Below the pieces are notes generated by a model. It made no database searches. It saw only the letters and a list, made by a program, of their open reading frames with translations, and was not told the DNA's origin. A DNA stretch of 64,000 nt from assembly GCA_040285825.1 (NCBI GenBank), contig JAUPSS010000010.1:496001-560000 (forward strand). The letters are read 5' to 3'. Shown here in pieces: positions 12,011-24,113 of the stretch (the first letter of the stretch is position 1; every line of letters starts with the position of its first letter). The translations under genes were made by a program, and so were the position numbers. This DNA comes from Eukaryota sp. TZLM1-RC (Eukaryota; Protista; Metamonada: BaSk clade).

Positions 12011-12960
12011 GAGGACAAAACAAAACAAAACAAACTAAAACACATAAAAAACAAAATTCTCCACACCAACTCTTGAAGAATCCTTGTAAAGCTTGGACAT
12101 CATTAAACTCAAGTACTTGGGAACACTTCTGTACAAAGCAAAAATGACACAATTGTTCCATAAATGCCCAGCAAAATTCTTACCATTTGAACAACAAAGA
12201 CTATCAAAACCATTGAGAAAATTCAAACCAGACTGACCAATATTACCAACAATTGAGAAGGCAAAAGGAACAACAGAATCGTTTATCACAAGATCTTGAG
12301 CAGCAGAGCCAATCAGAAGGCATTTGCTCGTATTAAAATAAAGATCATTATTTTCATATGAATCGGCATTTTCTGGAGCAACCAATTCTAGTAAATCAAA
12401 TGAACCAATCAAAAATATATCATCCATCTAAGCAACTATTTTTATAGAAGGGTAATTTTGCTTAATGGTATCTAATATTTTGTGAATAGCTAAACAAAAC
12501 AATAATGGGCCTAAAAGATCACCTTGTTCCACACCAGAAGATGATTTTAACCAAGTGAATTAAATATTAGATCTGATTTTTACCATACAATTGGTAGAAA
12601 AAACTAAACAGCTCAGGAAAATCAGATTTAATTACTTCAAAAATTGCTTTTCGCTTTACAGAATTAAAAGCATTTTTAAAGTCCAGATTAAAAATAAAAT
12701 TATTTTCCTCTGCATTAAAAAAATATCAGAGGCAACAGCAGCAATAGAAGCACCATCAATTGTTTTTATTCCAAATTGATGAGGATTCAAAAATTTAGAA
12801 GCGTTGTCTTAAATTGAATTTATTTATTAGAAAACTTATAAATCAACATCTGAATAATCCATCTCTCCCAAAACAAAACAACTAGATGCAACTCTCTCAT
12901 AGTGTGATCCAAGAGAAAGCAAGTCATTAGAAACCAACTGCAACATCCCCTTAAAAACAG
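12011..12960 (-). pseudogene. Mosaic of family A RT and 3' fragments plus the 3' end of another RLE family with a (TTTTG)n tail
   Basis: 12265-12830 matches the A RT; 12035-12265 encodes PFAFSIVGNIG...LWNNCVIF; 12830-12960 is an A 3' end. Confidence 0.75.
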
Positions 12961-13003
12961 TATGTTAATTCTTTTAACTTGTATGTGTTTATTTAATATT
13001 TAG

Positions 13004-14740
13004 ATTCTTTGACTAAAAATGATTGCATATATGGATGATGTTGTGCTTATTGGTGATGTAAATATTGTGAAACAAGTAACTGTATGTTTTAAAGAATTAT
13101 TTACCAAAATTGGTCTCCGACTTACTTTACTTAAATGTGTTTTGTTATCGAATTCTCCAGTTTCCACAATAGTTGATGGTATTAAAATTCAAGCCAAATT
13201 ATATTCAATTGATGCTATTCGTCATTTGGGTTCGTTTTTAGGAAATAATGATGAAATTACCAAAAAATTGTTTGAAAAGTTGAACTCAATTTCTGACAAA
13301 ATTGACCGAATGATGAATTTAGATATAAAAAAACACATCAAACTTACCATTATAAGGCTGTGTTTTAGTTCCAATTTTAATCATATTTTTCGATCTACAA
13401 ATCCTCTTGTCACTAGGCCTTTGGCTCAGAAGTTTAATGAATTACGTGCAAAAGTTCTGTCTCAATTACTGGGATGTAAAATGTTCAAAATTCCAGATCA
13501 TGCTTACCTTAGTCCACATTATGGCGGTTTAGGGTGGACGAAGGCTTCTATTCTTACCTCGTGTGCTGTTGTTGGAGGATGCAGAAATGTAATCTTTGAG
13601 TTTTCGGAAAGATTTGCAGATTGGGAAGATTTATTGATGATAACGCAAAGTTCCACTGTTTTTGCATTAAATGAAGAAATTTCTGAAATTGATGTAGAAA
13701 AATGGGGTCGATGTTTTCCCCAATCATTCAATGGCAATATTCCAGAAAAAAATGTTTTAAATTTGAAGTACACTCTTCGAACATTACAGAAACGTTTGAC
13801 TGGAATGTATGAAAAAGATCTTTATAATAATATATGCAGCTCGGCTGTTTTAAATCAAGATCTTCACTCATTGTTATTGGAAAAGGGTGTTTAAGAAAAC
13901 AAGTCATCAGATTCTTCACTTTTTGTAACCATTGTACCACGAAGATTTGGATTGTGTGCCACTAATGGAGCATTTGTAACAAAAATGAGACTATATTTGA
14001 ATATCCCCATTAATCAATTATTATCAAAAGCGAAATGTATTTGTTCGAATTCACCTCAACTCACTTTGCGCCATGCTCTGAATTGCTCTAAATTGATAAC
14101 TTATCGTTCTTCATTACATTTTGCTGTTAGAGACACTGTTTTCAATATGGCACAAACTGCAAGAATATCGTGTATCAAAGAGCCCCTGCTGAAGGAAACA
14201 CTTTCTCTGAATAATTTTGGTTCTGATGATAGAGGTGATGTATACTGTGATTGGATTGACAATTCTGAAGCTATTGTTGACTTTGTCTCATGTAATGTTG
14301 CAAATGTCACTTTGGTTCACAGAAGAAAACTTAATCCTGTGGCTGCTCTTGATTTTAAAGCAAAAGAAAAACAAAAAAATATGATAAAGATATTGAAGAG
14401 GCTAATGCTGATAGAAATACACAGCTGGTTTTTATTGCTTTCCCATTTTCGATAAATGCAAGATTATCAGATGAATCAGAAACTTTTTTGAATGACTTCC
14501 AAAAAATGGTGCAAGAAAAAACAATGAAAAGATTTGATATTTTTTTATGGCGTTCACGGATTCAATTTGCCATTAATAATAGATTACCATGGTTTTTCAA
14601 TCGAATAAGAGAAGCTTTAGCTAGACAGCAAGCAGATCAAGATTTTGTAGAGGAAATCTTGGTTCAATGATAGTCGTCCCATTAGTTATGAGTTAATTTA
14701 ATTAAGTGTGCAAATTCAATAGATATTACTATTCTTTGAC
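13004..14740 (+). mobile_element. 5'-truncated non-LTR family D (RT C-half plus RLE) with 10-bp TSD
   Basis: AYMDD, CIC..HALNC, RSSLHFAVRD, EP, RGD..D motifs; ATTCTTTGAC at 13004-13013 and 14731-14740; frameshifts. Confidence 0.85.
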
Positions 14741-14939
14741 AAAAGACTTAATTTTTGAGTTTTCAAATTGATAGTTACTCAATTGATTTATCAATTCAGT
14801 GATTTTGTACCAATTGAGACTTTAAATGACATACCACGACAAATTAATGTATTCGATTGTGGAATATTTTTATATTGAAACGCTGCTATAGCCCAGCACG
14901 TACATGAATGCAATGACCACCACGGTGATTTGGTGAATA

Positions 14940-15190
14940 ATATAAATTTGTGGGGTCATCTAAAATCAAACAATGAATTCTTGGTACTTGATCAATTAAG
15001 CAAGACGCAGAACTATAACAACCATCCAGCAAACAATTTGCAAAAGCGGTATTTTTTTGTTTGGCCTTGCAGAAACGTACTTCATAATCCAAGCCTTCAA
15101 ATATTGCTCTCAGTTTTTGTTGAAGCTTCTTTACAAAATACCTTAAATTTAAACCAAGATCATACAATTATTTGGAAAATGATAGATTAA
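14940..15190 (-). pseudogene. Family G-like internal fragment
   Basis: VKKLQQKLRAIFEGLDYEVRF..KNTAFANCLLD. Confidence 0.75.
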
Positions 15191-16212
15191 GCAAATGGCT
15201 ATTTTCATAAAAGCGATTGAGAAATGCAAAAATAAATATTTTTTTCCACCAACAACAAAAGCTACTTGAAAAAAACAAAAAATTGAAGATTTTTCAAAGC
15301 CAACACCACCAAATTATGAAGATGAGAACAAGCGGGCTCGAATTAAATCAGGATTCACTTCTAATAAGGAAGCAAAGAATGTTGCACATAATTGATTAAA
15401 TGAGCGGCAAAAATCGATAGACAAGAAAAGTGCTGTCAACCTTAACATAAGAACAATTATTTTTAGTTTATAGTGTGAATCGTAACCAGTCAGTATGTAT
15501 CAACATCAGAGCAATCGTAGATTGTTTTGCAGAGGATAGTGTTTGTGCTAGGCCTCCATGTTTGTCTTTAGTTATAGCCTTTTATTACAGCGAATTACTG
15601 TTGCTTTCTTGGATTCTTCCATTCAAGCATCTATTCAAGCATGTAGATGGTTTCACTGACTGAACAACAATATTGATGAATGCATTCAAAGAATAGTTGC
15701 AAGTGATCAATTAGTTCTCTTACATAACTAGGGTTAATACAGATGGTTTCCAAAAGAAGTTCGAACTTCTCTGATTATGTTTGAAAGTTATTCTGTTCTA
15801 ACGTTTTTAGGTCAAACATTTGTAGAAACACAGTAAATGAAATGATGAAATTGATCACTTGAATAACCACAAAATTTGTGATTCAAGCTGTGGGCTGAGT
15901 ACCTCAAACTATGTATGCTTTAACCTAAACCGGGTTCCAACACTTTTGATTCCTGCTGTTTTGGGATAAATTGGGAGAGTGAATGCTCATCCCTTGATTT
16001 TGATATATTCTAAACGGAAACAAAGATCTCATTGTGATCTTTCCAAATATTCCATCATTAAGACACGGTGTGTGCCAAGAAAAAACCAAGTGGTGACATA
16101 CCTTTATTACCAAAAAATATATACAATCTATATACAAAAAGTGTTGAAAAACACCAATAAATTCAAGTGTTGAAAAACACCAAAAGCTAAAGTTAATATA
16201 CAAAAAAGACAC

Positions 16213-17418
16213 TTATCTGATGTTAAGCCCACGAAGAGCACCTCGTTGTGAATGGCTAACATCAGTGCCAATACTCTTTTGCTTTTGTTCAAAAACTCTC
16301 CAAAAACGGATAGATTCGTCAGCAGAAGCGGATACGACGGTTTCTCCATCAGGCGAAAGGCCGAGATTCAACACTCTAGCAGTGTGACCAGTAATCTCAC
16401 CAACCTTAGATAAAGAGGAGCCATATCGCCAGACGTTAATCTCATAGTTGCGATAACCATGGCCAGAGACCAATTCGCGAGAGTTTTTACTCCACAAAAG
16501 AGCACATACCTGAGAATCAGTGTCAACAGAGTCAAGAAGGGTTCCATCAGTGGTGTTCCATGTCTTAATAGAACGATCAGCAGTACCACCACCACTAGCC
16601 AAGAGGTTTCGCTGGAATGGAGACCAAGCCAAAGCACGAACTGCAGCTTGATGATCGGTGAGAATATGCTGAGGATTACTAGACTCATGGTTCCAAACAC
16701 AAAGGTGATTATCATTGGCACCGGAAGCCAGTTGAGAACCATCATGAGACCAGGCAAGTCCACAAACTTCACCTTGGTGATACTTCAAGGTAGCAGTGAC
16801 GTGCTGAGCAACACGGACGTCGTGATTGAGGATACTGCAGTCACGAGAACCACTAGAAAGAACATGGTTATTCCAGGAAAGTGCTGAAACGCGAGCAGCA
16901 TGACCACGGAGGGTACGTACTTGCTTTTGTTTCTCAACATCCCAAAGCTTGACTGTAGAACTGTCAACACCAATGGCTAGATGAGTACCTGAGGAAGTCC
17001 ACTTTAGAGAGGTCACGGCATCACCCTCCGAAAGCGTACAAAGCTCAGCTACTGATCCAGTGGAGCCATTCCAGAGGTAAACACTATTTGCTAAAGCAAC
17101 GGCTAGAACGTTAGAGTTAGAGTAATCCATGGTGTTTACATAGAAATCATTTAACAAACCAGGTGCATCCAGAGTTCTTTCAGGCTCAGAAGGAACTTTG
17201 CGTACGGATTTGCGGGCAACATGGTTTGAGACTCTGCTTTGGCTGTAGATCACACGATTGTGGTTGATCGAGCCAGATGGGGGAGCAGGAGCAGAGGATC
17301 GGTAACACAAAACTTTTGAATCCAAAGTCTTTGAATCGACGTTTTGAGGAGGCAGGAGCATCGAGTGCGAGAGAGAGACATCCATAGATGATAAAGCGGG
17401 TGTAAATCTGCAGGACAT
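16213..17418 (-). CDS. CDC20: APC/C activator Cdc20/Fizzy
   Basis: First ATG 17418 (MSCRFTP, C-box-like); KVLCY; PERTLDAPGLLNDFY; WD40 repeats; LASGGGTAD; C-terminal IR tail. Confidence 0.95.
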   Translation of the reverse strand: MSCRFTPALSSMDVSLSHSMLLPPQNVDSKTLDSKVLCYRSSAPAPPSGSINHNRVIYSQSRVSNHVARKSVRKVPSEPERTLDAPGLLNDFYVNTMDYSNSNVLAVALANSVYLWNGSTGSVAELCTLSEGDAVTSLKWTSSGTHLAIGVDSSTVKLWDVEKQKQVRTLRGHAARVSALSWNNHVLSSGSRDCSILNHDVRVAQHVTATLKYHQGEVCGLAWSHDGSQLASGANDNHLCVWNHESSNPQHILTDHQAAVRALAWSPFQRNLLASGGGTADRSIKTWNTTDGTLLDSVDTDSQVCALLWSKNSRELVSGHGYRNYEINVWRYGSSLSKVGEITGHTARVLNLGLSPDGETVVSASADESIRFWRVFEQKQKSIGTDVSHSQRGALRGLNIR

Positions 17419-17803
17419 GACGACAGAGAGCGCAAAAAACAAGTGAAATTGAAGCGGAATTCTCTTCAATCTATTGGCGCCAAAGACATCGCATTCAAGT
17501 TGCTCAGGCTTACGTCATTCTTGTACTCTTTTCACAGCAGAGTGTCAGAGGGCTGGGTTAAATCATGCCCACCACTCCTTTGGTCTCAGTTTATTGAATT
17601 TTGGTTATCCCAATACGAGTTCATTATGCGAAACACAGCTAGTTTGTCACTGTGAACAAGGTAATAATCTTAATTGATGATTGCTCGTTGTATTAATCTC
17701 TCTTATGTGTAACTATTTTTAAAAATAGATGTCTAATGAAAGGGATTCATAAATTTATCGTTCAAGGGCAAACGTCACGATTGTTATTCACAAACTGAAA
17801 ATG

Positions 17804-19002
17804 AATTATTAGTGCACATAAATTAAATCGATTTTGTCTAAAGCAGCATTTTTAAGAGGTGGAAAAAATGTTATTTTTGAAAAGTTTTTTTTATGATCAA
17901 TTTTTTCATCCGATCAATGGTGAATCAAAGTTTTACCTAAATCAAGTTCAATTTGAATTTGATCATTTGCCCAGTGATATCTTGATTCAGTGTTTTCCAA
18001 ACCGATCACTCCCAAATTTACGTTTTTGCCTGAAACAGATTCAGCACCACCTGGTTAAATTTTATGAAAGCTTGGATCATGAAGTAAGACTTGGCTTGGC
18101 CAAAACTGAAAATCCCGCTTTCGGAAATTTCGTAAAGGACATTCGTGATAGTTCTGCTGCTGCTTTAGTAACGCAAATTCCCTCTGTTTATGGACTTCTG
18201 TTAAAAAACAATGAATGGCTTTTCAACATGCCTTTTCGTTGTTTTCTGTGGCCAAACAATTTGCCCAATCATTTAACATGTAAATGTGGTAAACCTCTTT
18301 TGTTTACTCATCTTTTGAACTGTTAATATTTTATTACATTTAGAATCAAAGTGCATAATAATGTCAGGGACCCATTTTAGGTAATGTGCAAATCATATCA
18401 AGTAGAATCCTTTTTAGAGCCTTTGTTATCAAAATTATTTCTCGATTACCCTAATATTGATAGTACGCGCTACAACAAGCTTCTATGGGTATGACAAGAG
18501 GTGACTTGGATGTCCGCAACTCAAATGGTAGTTTTACTATTTTAGTCGCCATGTCCATAGACCGATGTAATTCTTCTAACGAACATTTCAGTAATTCAGA
18601 TGTCAATAATCCTCTTCTTGATTGCGAAAAATACAAAATTGCTAAATATGCGAAATTCATTTCCTCAGTAAATGAAAATCCTCATGTCCAATATAATTTA
18701 TGCCTCTTTGTTTTTTCTTTTCTTGGATCTTTAGGTAAGGCTGCTATGGCTCTCCTCGAGGATTTTGTTGTAGTTATAAAGGAAAGAACTGGAAGAATTT
18801 TTAATCGTGTTTTCTGGCAGAACAAGATTCTATTTTCTATTTTTGTAACGGAATGGTGAAATAACTTTCTGATTCACTCTCTTCCTGTGGGAAATTTACT
18901 GAATCTTTAGGACGTAGGTGAGGCACATTTTGAGGATGTGGAGTTTTGGTTGTGTATTTTATATTCCTTATTAAATGAATAAACTAAAAAAAATTATTAG
19001 TG
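17804..19002 (+). mobile_element. 5'-truncated degraded non-LTR family F with 11-bp TSD
   Basis: Homologous to 39846-40220 and 47556-48330; AATTATTAGTG at 17804-17814 and 18992-19002 after the A-tail. Confidence 0.85.
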
Positions 19003-19007
19003 TTTAT

Positions 19008-21079
19008 GATTATAAGTTTATAAATTTATTTATTATAAATTGATGGTGCTTCTTCTGCTGCTCTTTCGTCTGATGTGTTTTTTAATTCTAGTGATTCTAA
19101 TTACATCTTCAATTTAGATTTTAAGAATGCTTTCAATTCTGTATCTCGTTCTTCCATTTTACCTTTGCTGCAAAAGCATTTTCCTGAAGTTGAGCCTTTT
19201 TTCTATTCATTTTATGGAAAATCATCCACATTGGTCTATGAAAATTTTGACCTGCTTTCGTCTTCAGGTGTTAAACAAGGTGATCCACTTGGTTCTTTTT
19301 TCTTTTGTCTGGCAATTCATCCATTAATGTGCGAATTGAAAGAAAAATTCCCAGAAATAGATATTGTAGCATATATGGATGACATTTCTGTAATTGCTCC
19401 TATTACAATTCTGAAACAAATAGCAACTTTTATTCAACAGCGTTATGAAGATATTGGTCTCTCATTGAATATCTCCAAATGTTTGATTATTGGCCATGAA
19501 CCAATTGATTTTTTCATTAATGATGTCAATGTCCCCTTTATCAATTATGATCAGTCTGTTTTTTGTTTTTTGTGTTGTTATCTCGGAAATATTGATGAAG
19601 TCAAAGGCCAACTTTCGACTCTGTTGACTCAATTTGGAAATGAATTAGAATCAATAGAAAATTTAAATATTGAGAAACATTTGAAATTCTTTTTCCTCAA
19701 AATCTGTTATTCTGGAAAATTTACTCATATTTTGAGATCAACATCACCATCAATTTCCTTGGAGTTCTGTCGCATTTTTAATGAACAAAGAACTAATTTT
19801 TTAGCAAAATTATTGGAAATTGATGCATCTCAGTTACGAAGCCACCTTTTTTGTGGTACAAATTTTGGTGGTGTTGATTTTCATAAGTCAAGCTACCTTT
19901 GTAAAGCTGCCTTTATTGGTGGTGGAAAGAATTTTGTTTATGAATTTGTGAATCGTTTTCCTGAAAAAATTCATCTCATTGAAAATTGTGGCAGCTCTTA
20001 TCTTATTTCTTTGCAACAGGAAATTGAAACACTTTCACCAATATTTGGACTAAATGTTTCCCCTCTGATATTGTGGAACTTCCTTCAAGAAGCTTGCTCT
20101 CCTTACCACTGACTTTTGCAAAATTGCAGAAAAAAATCTTGAAAGTTTTAGAAAACTTGGATTATATTGTACGTCTTAGCTTGGCTAAGGAAAAAAATCC
20201 CGTTTTTGCAAACTTTTTGATTGATCTTGAAGACAGTTGTTCAAGTTGCCTAATCTCCCAAATACCCAACATTTATGGCCTTCTACTCAATGATCACCAA
20301 TGGACCACTGCAATGAGAATGAGATGTTTTCTATGGCCTTGTTCATTACCAAATGATTTAATTTGTCGCTGCAAGAGTGTTGTTACGCTTTCCCATATTT
20401 TAAACTGTAAGTATTTTATAACTTATCGCTCAATTGTTCATGACTCAGTTCGTGATCAATTATATGCCATGTGCAAAAGTTTCAATATAGAGGCATTTAT
20501 TGAGCCACTAGTTCGTAAGCTGTCTTCAGATCAAACTGATGATTCCTTTGGTAAAAGAAGGGCAGATTTAGTAGCTCCAGGGATCGATGGTGTTCTCAAT
20601 GTTGTAGACGTTGTCTCAGTGGATGTTTGCAAAAATTCTGCTGCTCGTTTAGTGTATTCCGCTGACTCGCCGTTATCTAACGCCGAAAAAAAGAAGATAA
20701 AAAAATATGAAGAACCTTTGGCACAGTTAGGTAGAGTGGAACATGTGAAATATCAGTTTGTGCCGTTTGCAATTTCTCTTTTTGGCAATATTGGACCTTC
20801 AGGCTTGCACTTTTTGGAACATTTTAAAAAAGTATTACTGAATAGGTCTGGTAAAACAATGAACTCCACTTTCTGGTTAAATAGAATTGTTTTTGCATTT
20901 TCAAGTCTATTCCAACAATGATTTCAAAGGCACTTTTAGCTATTGGTGTAGAATATGAACGTAATGCTGTGAGTAGGTTCAGTAATAGTGACGCTTGTTT
21001 GGAGGATATTGAATTCTAGATGGTTATTTTTATCTCAATAAATATTCCAGTTTTTTTTTTAAAAAAAGATTATAAGTTT
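19008..21079 (+). mobile_element. 5'-truncated non-LTR family E (RT plus RLE) with 11-12-bp TSD
   Basis: LDFKNAFNS, GVKQGDPLG, AYMDD, CRC..HILNC, RRAD, EKKKIKKY, EDIEF-stop; GATTATAAGTTT at 19008 and 21068. Confidence 0.9.
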
Positions 21080-21399
21080 TTGTTCTTAAATTTACACTAT
21101 GAAACACAAAAAAAAATTCGCATTGAATTTTCTAACTGAAAAGACCACCAAAAATTTCATTTGATTATTTTAAAATAAGATTTGGAAATTATCAGTAAAA
21201 GTGGTGAAAAACTCTTAAACCATGAACAACTGAGTTGGCAGACGTTTAAATGCTTAAATGGATTCTGATCCATTCAACAGTGATCAGTATTAATTAAACC
21301 AACACATTACACCGTTGTATGAACACCGTATGAACTTCAGTAACTCATGTAATTGGTGAGTACTGAAGCATTTTGTAATTGCTTTAAATTTGGATTGAT

Positions 21400-21700
21400 T
21401 TTTTTTGGACTGGAAGTTTTTCTTTCATAAAAGCGTCCAAGAGATGACAAAGCTGAAGATAATAAGGGAACAACACCTTTGAAAATTGAAAATACAATTC
21501 TGCTTTGCCAGAAATTCTGGTCAAAACTCTTCCAGTACGTTGTTTCACAATTTCCACAAAATCATGCAAGAATGAGACAGCAAGAGGTCCAAGCGAGCCA
21601 TGAAGGGAAACTGTATTCAAGGATAACAATTTTGCTTTATATTTGTCAATTTTGGCTTTTTCGGAAACAGTTAGGGGTCCCTGTATTTTGATTGAGCCAT
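21400..21700 (-). pseudogene. Family G 3' fragment
   Basis: PLTVSEKAKIDKY...HGSLGPLAVSFLHDFVEIVKQRTG. Confidence 0.8.
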
Positions 21701-21800
21701 TTGGATTGATGGAAATTAATTCCTGAGGAGACATATTTCTTCCTACACAAGTTGAGCATCTCAACACTATCCGTATGTTCAATTCATGTCTTTGTCATTT

Positions 21801-21881
21801 TGACCTGATGATCTTATAGTTATCCCTATCTTACTCGGTTTGTATATAAAACATGGGGAGATCTACTCTGTCACTGACACC
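21801..21881 (+). ncRNA. Candidate box C/D snoRNA (snR38-like), copy 1
   Basis: Box C CTGATGA 21805-21811; guide AGTTATCCCTAT 21818-21829 before a D'-like CTTA; box D CTGA 21874-21877; guide complementary to conserved LSU rRNA AGGGAUAACU. Confidence 0.55.
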
Positions 21882-21992
21882 ATCTTTTGAGGCACATTCT
21901 CATCTTAGTTTGCTGTATCTAGTATAGTTTTGCATAGTCTGTTGCTGAAGCTTTGCTGGGCTTTGCTGCTGGTGTGTTCTCAATCTGTTCAG

Positions 21993-22071
21993 CTTTCATG
22001 ATGATGTTCAAGTTATCCCTATCTTACAATTGGTTTGTAAATAAATATGGAGAGAACACTTCTACTGAAAG
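21993..22071 (+). ncRNA. Candidate box C/D snoRNA (snR38-like), copy 2
   Basis: CTT..ATGATGA (21998-22004), same guide 22011-22022 plus CTTA, CTGA 22065-22068 followed by AAG closing a short terminal stem. Confidence 0.65.
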
Positions 22072-22406
22072 ACTCTTTTTCTTGTGAATCTTACCCTAGT
22101 CTTCATTGATAGTTTATCACGATATCATGAGTTATCATGCAATAAATACAAAGCTTTCTCAACCTCTATTCTGTGTATTCAACATAACAATTTGCACAAT
22201 CAACTTCTCAAAGTTTGAACAACATGGGAGCAAGTTGAAGTTTTAATGAAGAAGGTTTGACTCTAATATTACCATTATTCCTTGTTGGAAAGATTCAAAC
22301 AAATTAAAACCACGAAAAAAGAATTGAAATATAAATTAATTTAGAATGACTACACCAAAATGGACAAAAACTAGAAAAAAAACTCTAAAGCAAAACTACA
22401 TGTAAT

Positions 22407-23326
22407 TTAATCACTCTCAGAACTCATATCTGACAAATCATCATCGCTTTCGTCACTCAATTTGAAAGCACCATCCAATTCTCCAGGTGGGACGACGTAT
22501 TCATCTTTTTTGGATTCAACCTTGGCTCTGTGGTCTAGTTTATGTCTATACTTCTCCACAAGTTCTCTCTTAATTCTAGATCTCAATTGAGTTGGAGTAA
22601 CAAATGAATCGTTTTTGAAAATAGTAGAACCAGAAAATGCACCCTCGAAAATACGAATAGGATTCAAAACCATGCGAGGACCAATTTCGACGAGTTCCAT
22701 ATCAGTTCTACCTTGGACTTCGCTGCTGACAGCGGCTTCGTTGGCAACCTCAGAGGCGGTAATAACATCATTTGTGAGAGTCTTGTCTACTATTTGAAAG
22801 TTACGGAACCAGATCTTATTATCTACAATGTAAAAGCCGAGGACATGGTCCACAAATGGTTTAACTTTGTGGTGATCTTTGGGCGAACGAAAGACATGAG
22901 TAAACATTTCCTTTAAGAGTCTGTACTGGGGAGTAGAGTCAAAAGCTCCATCAAAATGCAGAATCGGCCGGGAGAACAAAAGACTATTTCCTGTAAGTTT
23001 CAGTTCATCCATGGTGTGAACTATTGTTAGAATCGTCAGTAAAGCATACCGTTGAGGACATGAAACTTGGCACAAGGACCGTTTGGAGTGACAGACATCC
23101 AGAGATAGCAATCCTGCTTCTTTCTAACTTCGAAAAATAGTGCACCTGTACAGTTGCGAGATTCTGCTATTTCAGCAATAGAGCTAAAAGGCTGTTTTTT
23201 GTCAAGTTTTGGTTCTGATTTGTGATGTGGAAGAAGTTTTGTGAGATCATGCATAAGATGACGATAGCGGTGTGTCAGACCCCTTGATCCAAGGACTAAG
23301 ACGCGATTATTGATCCTAGAAGGCAT
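22407..23326 (-). CDS. BRX1: Ribosome biogenesis protein Brx1/BRIX1; 29-nt intron 23021-23049
   Basis: RVLVLGSRG..RYRHLM, PNGP; splicing restores NVHTMDELKLTGN; KPFVDHV, IWFRNFQI, ELVEIGPR, IFEGAFSG. Confidence 0.95.
23021..23049 (-). other. 29-nt spliceosomal intron
   Basis: GTATGCTTTACTGACGATTCTAACAATAG; joins the two Brix ORFs at a conserved motif. Confidence 0.9.
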
Positions 23327-23671
23327 TGTCGTTTGAAGATTAGTGTCCTTTTCTTTGTGAAAAAAGATTCATCCACAATGTTTATTTCATCCATTGTGTT
23401 AGAGCATGGTCTTCTCAATATAATAGACCTGTCAGATCTTGTCTACTCTTACACAATGGCGAAAATCTGTGTGATGGCTTTATTTACATTAAATTTACCA
23501 TCAAAACATAGTTACTACATACAATTAATGTGTTACTATCATAACGTCTACCGATGAAATAGCGCACCAAAGATAAGTCTGTCTGAGAATTTTGGCAGAT
23601 TAACTAATGAGCAATAACTCCTTCAGTCTCTGTATTTAGAAAAATTATATTGATTAACCAATAGCCAATTT

Positions 23672-24113
23672 ATGCCTTCCTCTTGTAGCTTTTGCATCGT
23701 CACAGAGGATGATACACCTTTATACAGCAAAGACTTTGTTACAGATGTCAGTAAGTCTGAATCGTTAAACCACTTTGTTTTACATGCTTCTCTTGATATT
23801 ATGGACCATCTTATATGGTCAACACCTCAAATGTACGTTCGCTGCGTTGACCAATTCGAGGAAAAGCTCGTGTATGGAATGATTACTGCAACACGTTTGT
23901 TCATCTCTTTGACTCATTGTAGAGCTCCGTTTCCTCTTGCTTTATGAAGGTGTCCTAACCAGAGGAGATGAAGTTATTAAGTCTTTTTTTTATGAAGTAT
24001 ATGAACACTTTATAGCTCAGCAAATTAACCCCTTATATGAACCTAATTCACCAATAACAAGCTCAAGGTTTGATTTGGCTGTACAAGATGCGGCTCAACG
24101 CTTTCTTTTATAG
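23672..24113 (+). CDS. TRAPPC2: TRAPP subunit sedlin/Trs20; 28-nt intron 23895-23922
   Basis: DTPLY, LNHFVLHASLD, MYVRCVDQF; spliced exon 2 reads QLRFLLLY...IKSFFYEVYE...NPLYEPNSPITSSRFD. Confidence 0.9.
23895..23922 (+). other. 28-nt spliceosomal intron
   Basis: GTTTGTTCATCTCTTTGACTCATTGTAG; restores the sedlin C-terminus. Confidence 0.9.

Noticed and set aside
15755-15898. 16-bp palindrome AGAAGTTCGAACTTCT and an ATGATGA..CTGA hairpin segment
   Set aside because: No guide complementarity recognised, short for a snoRNA, plausible by chance in AT-rich DNA.
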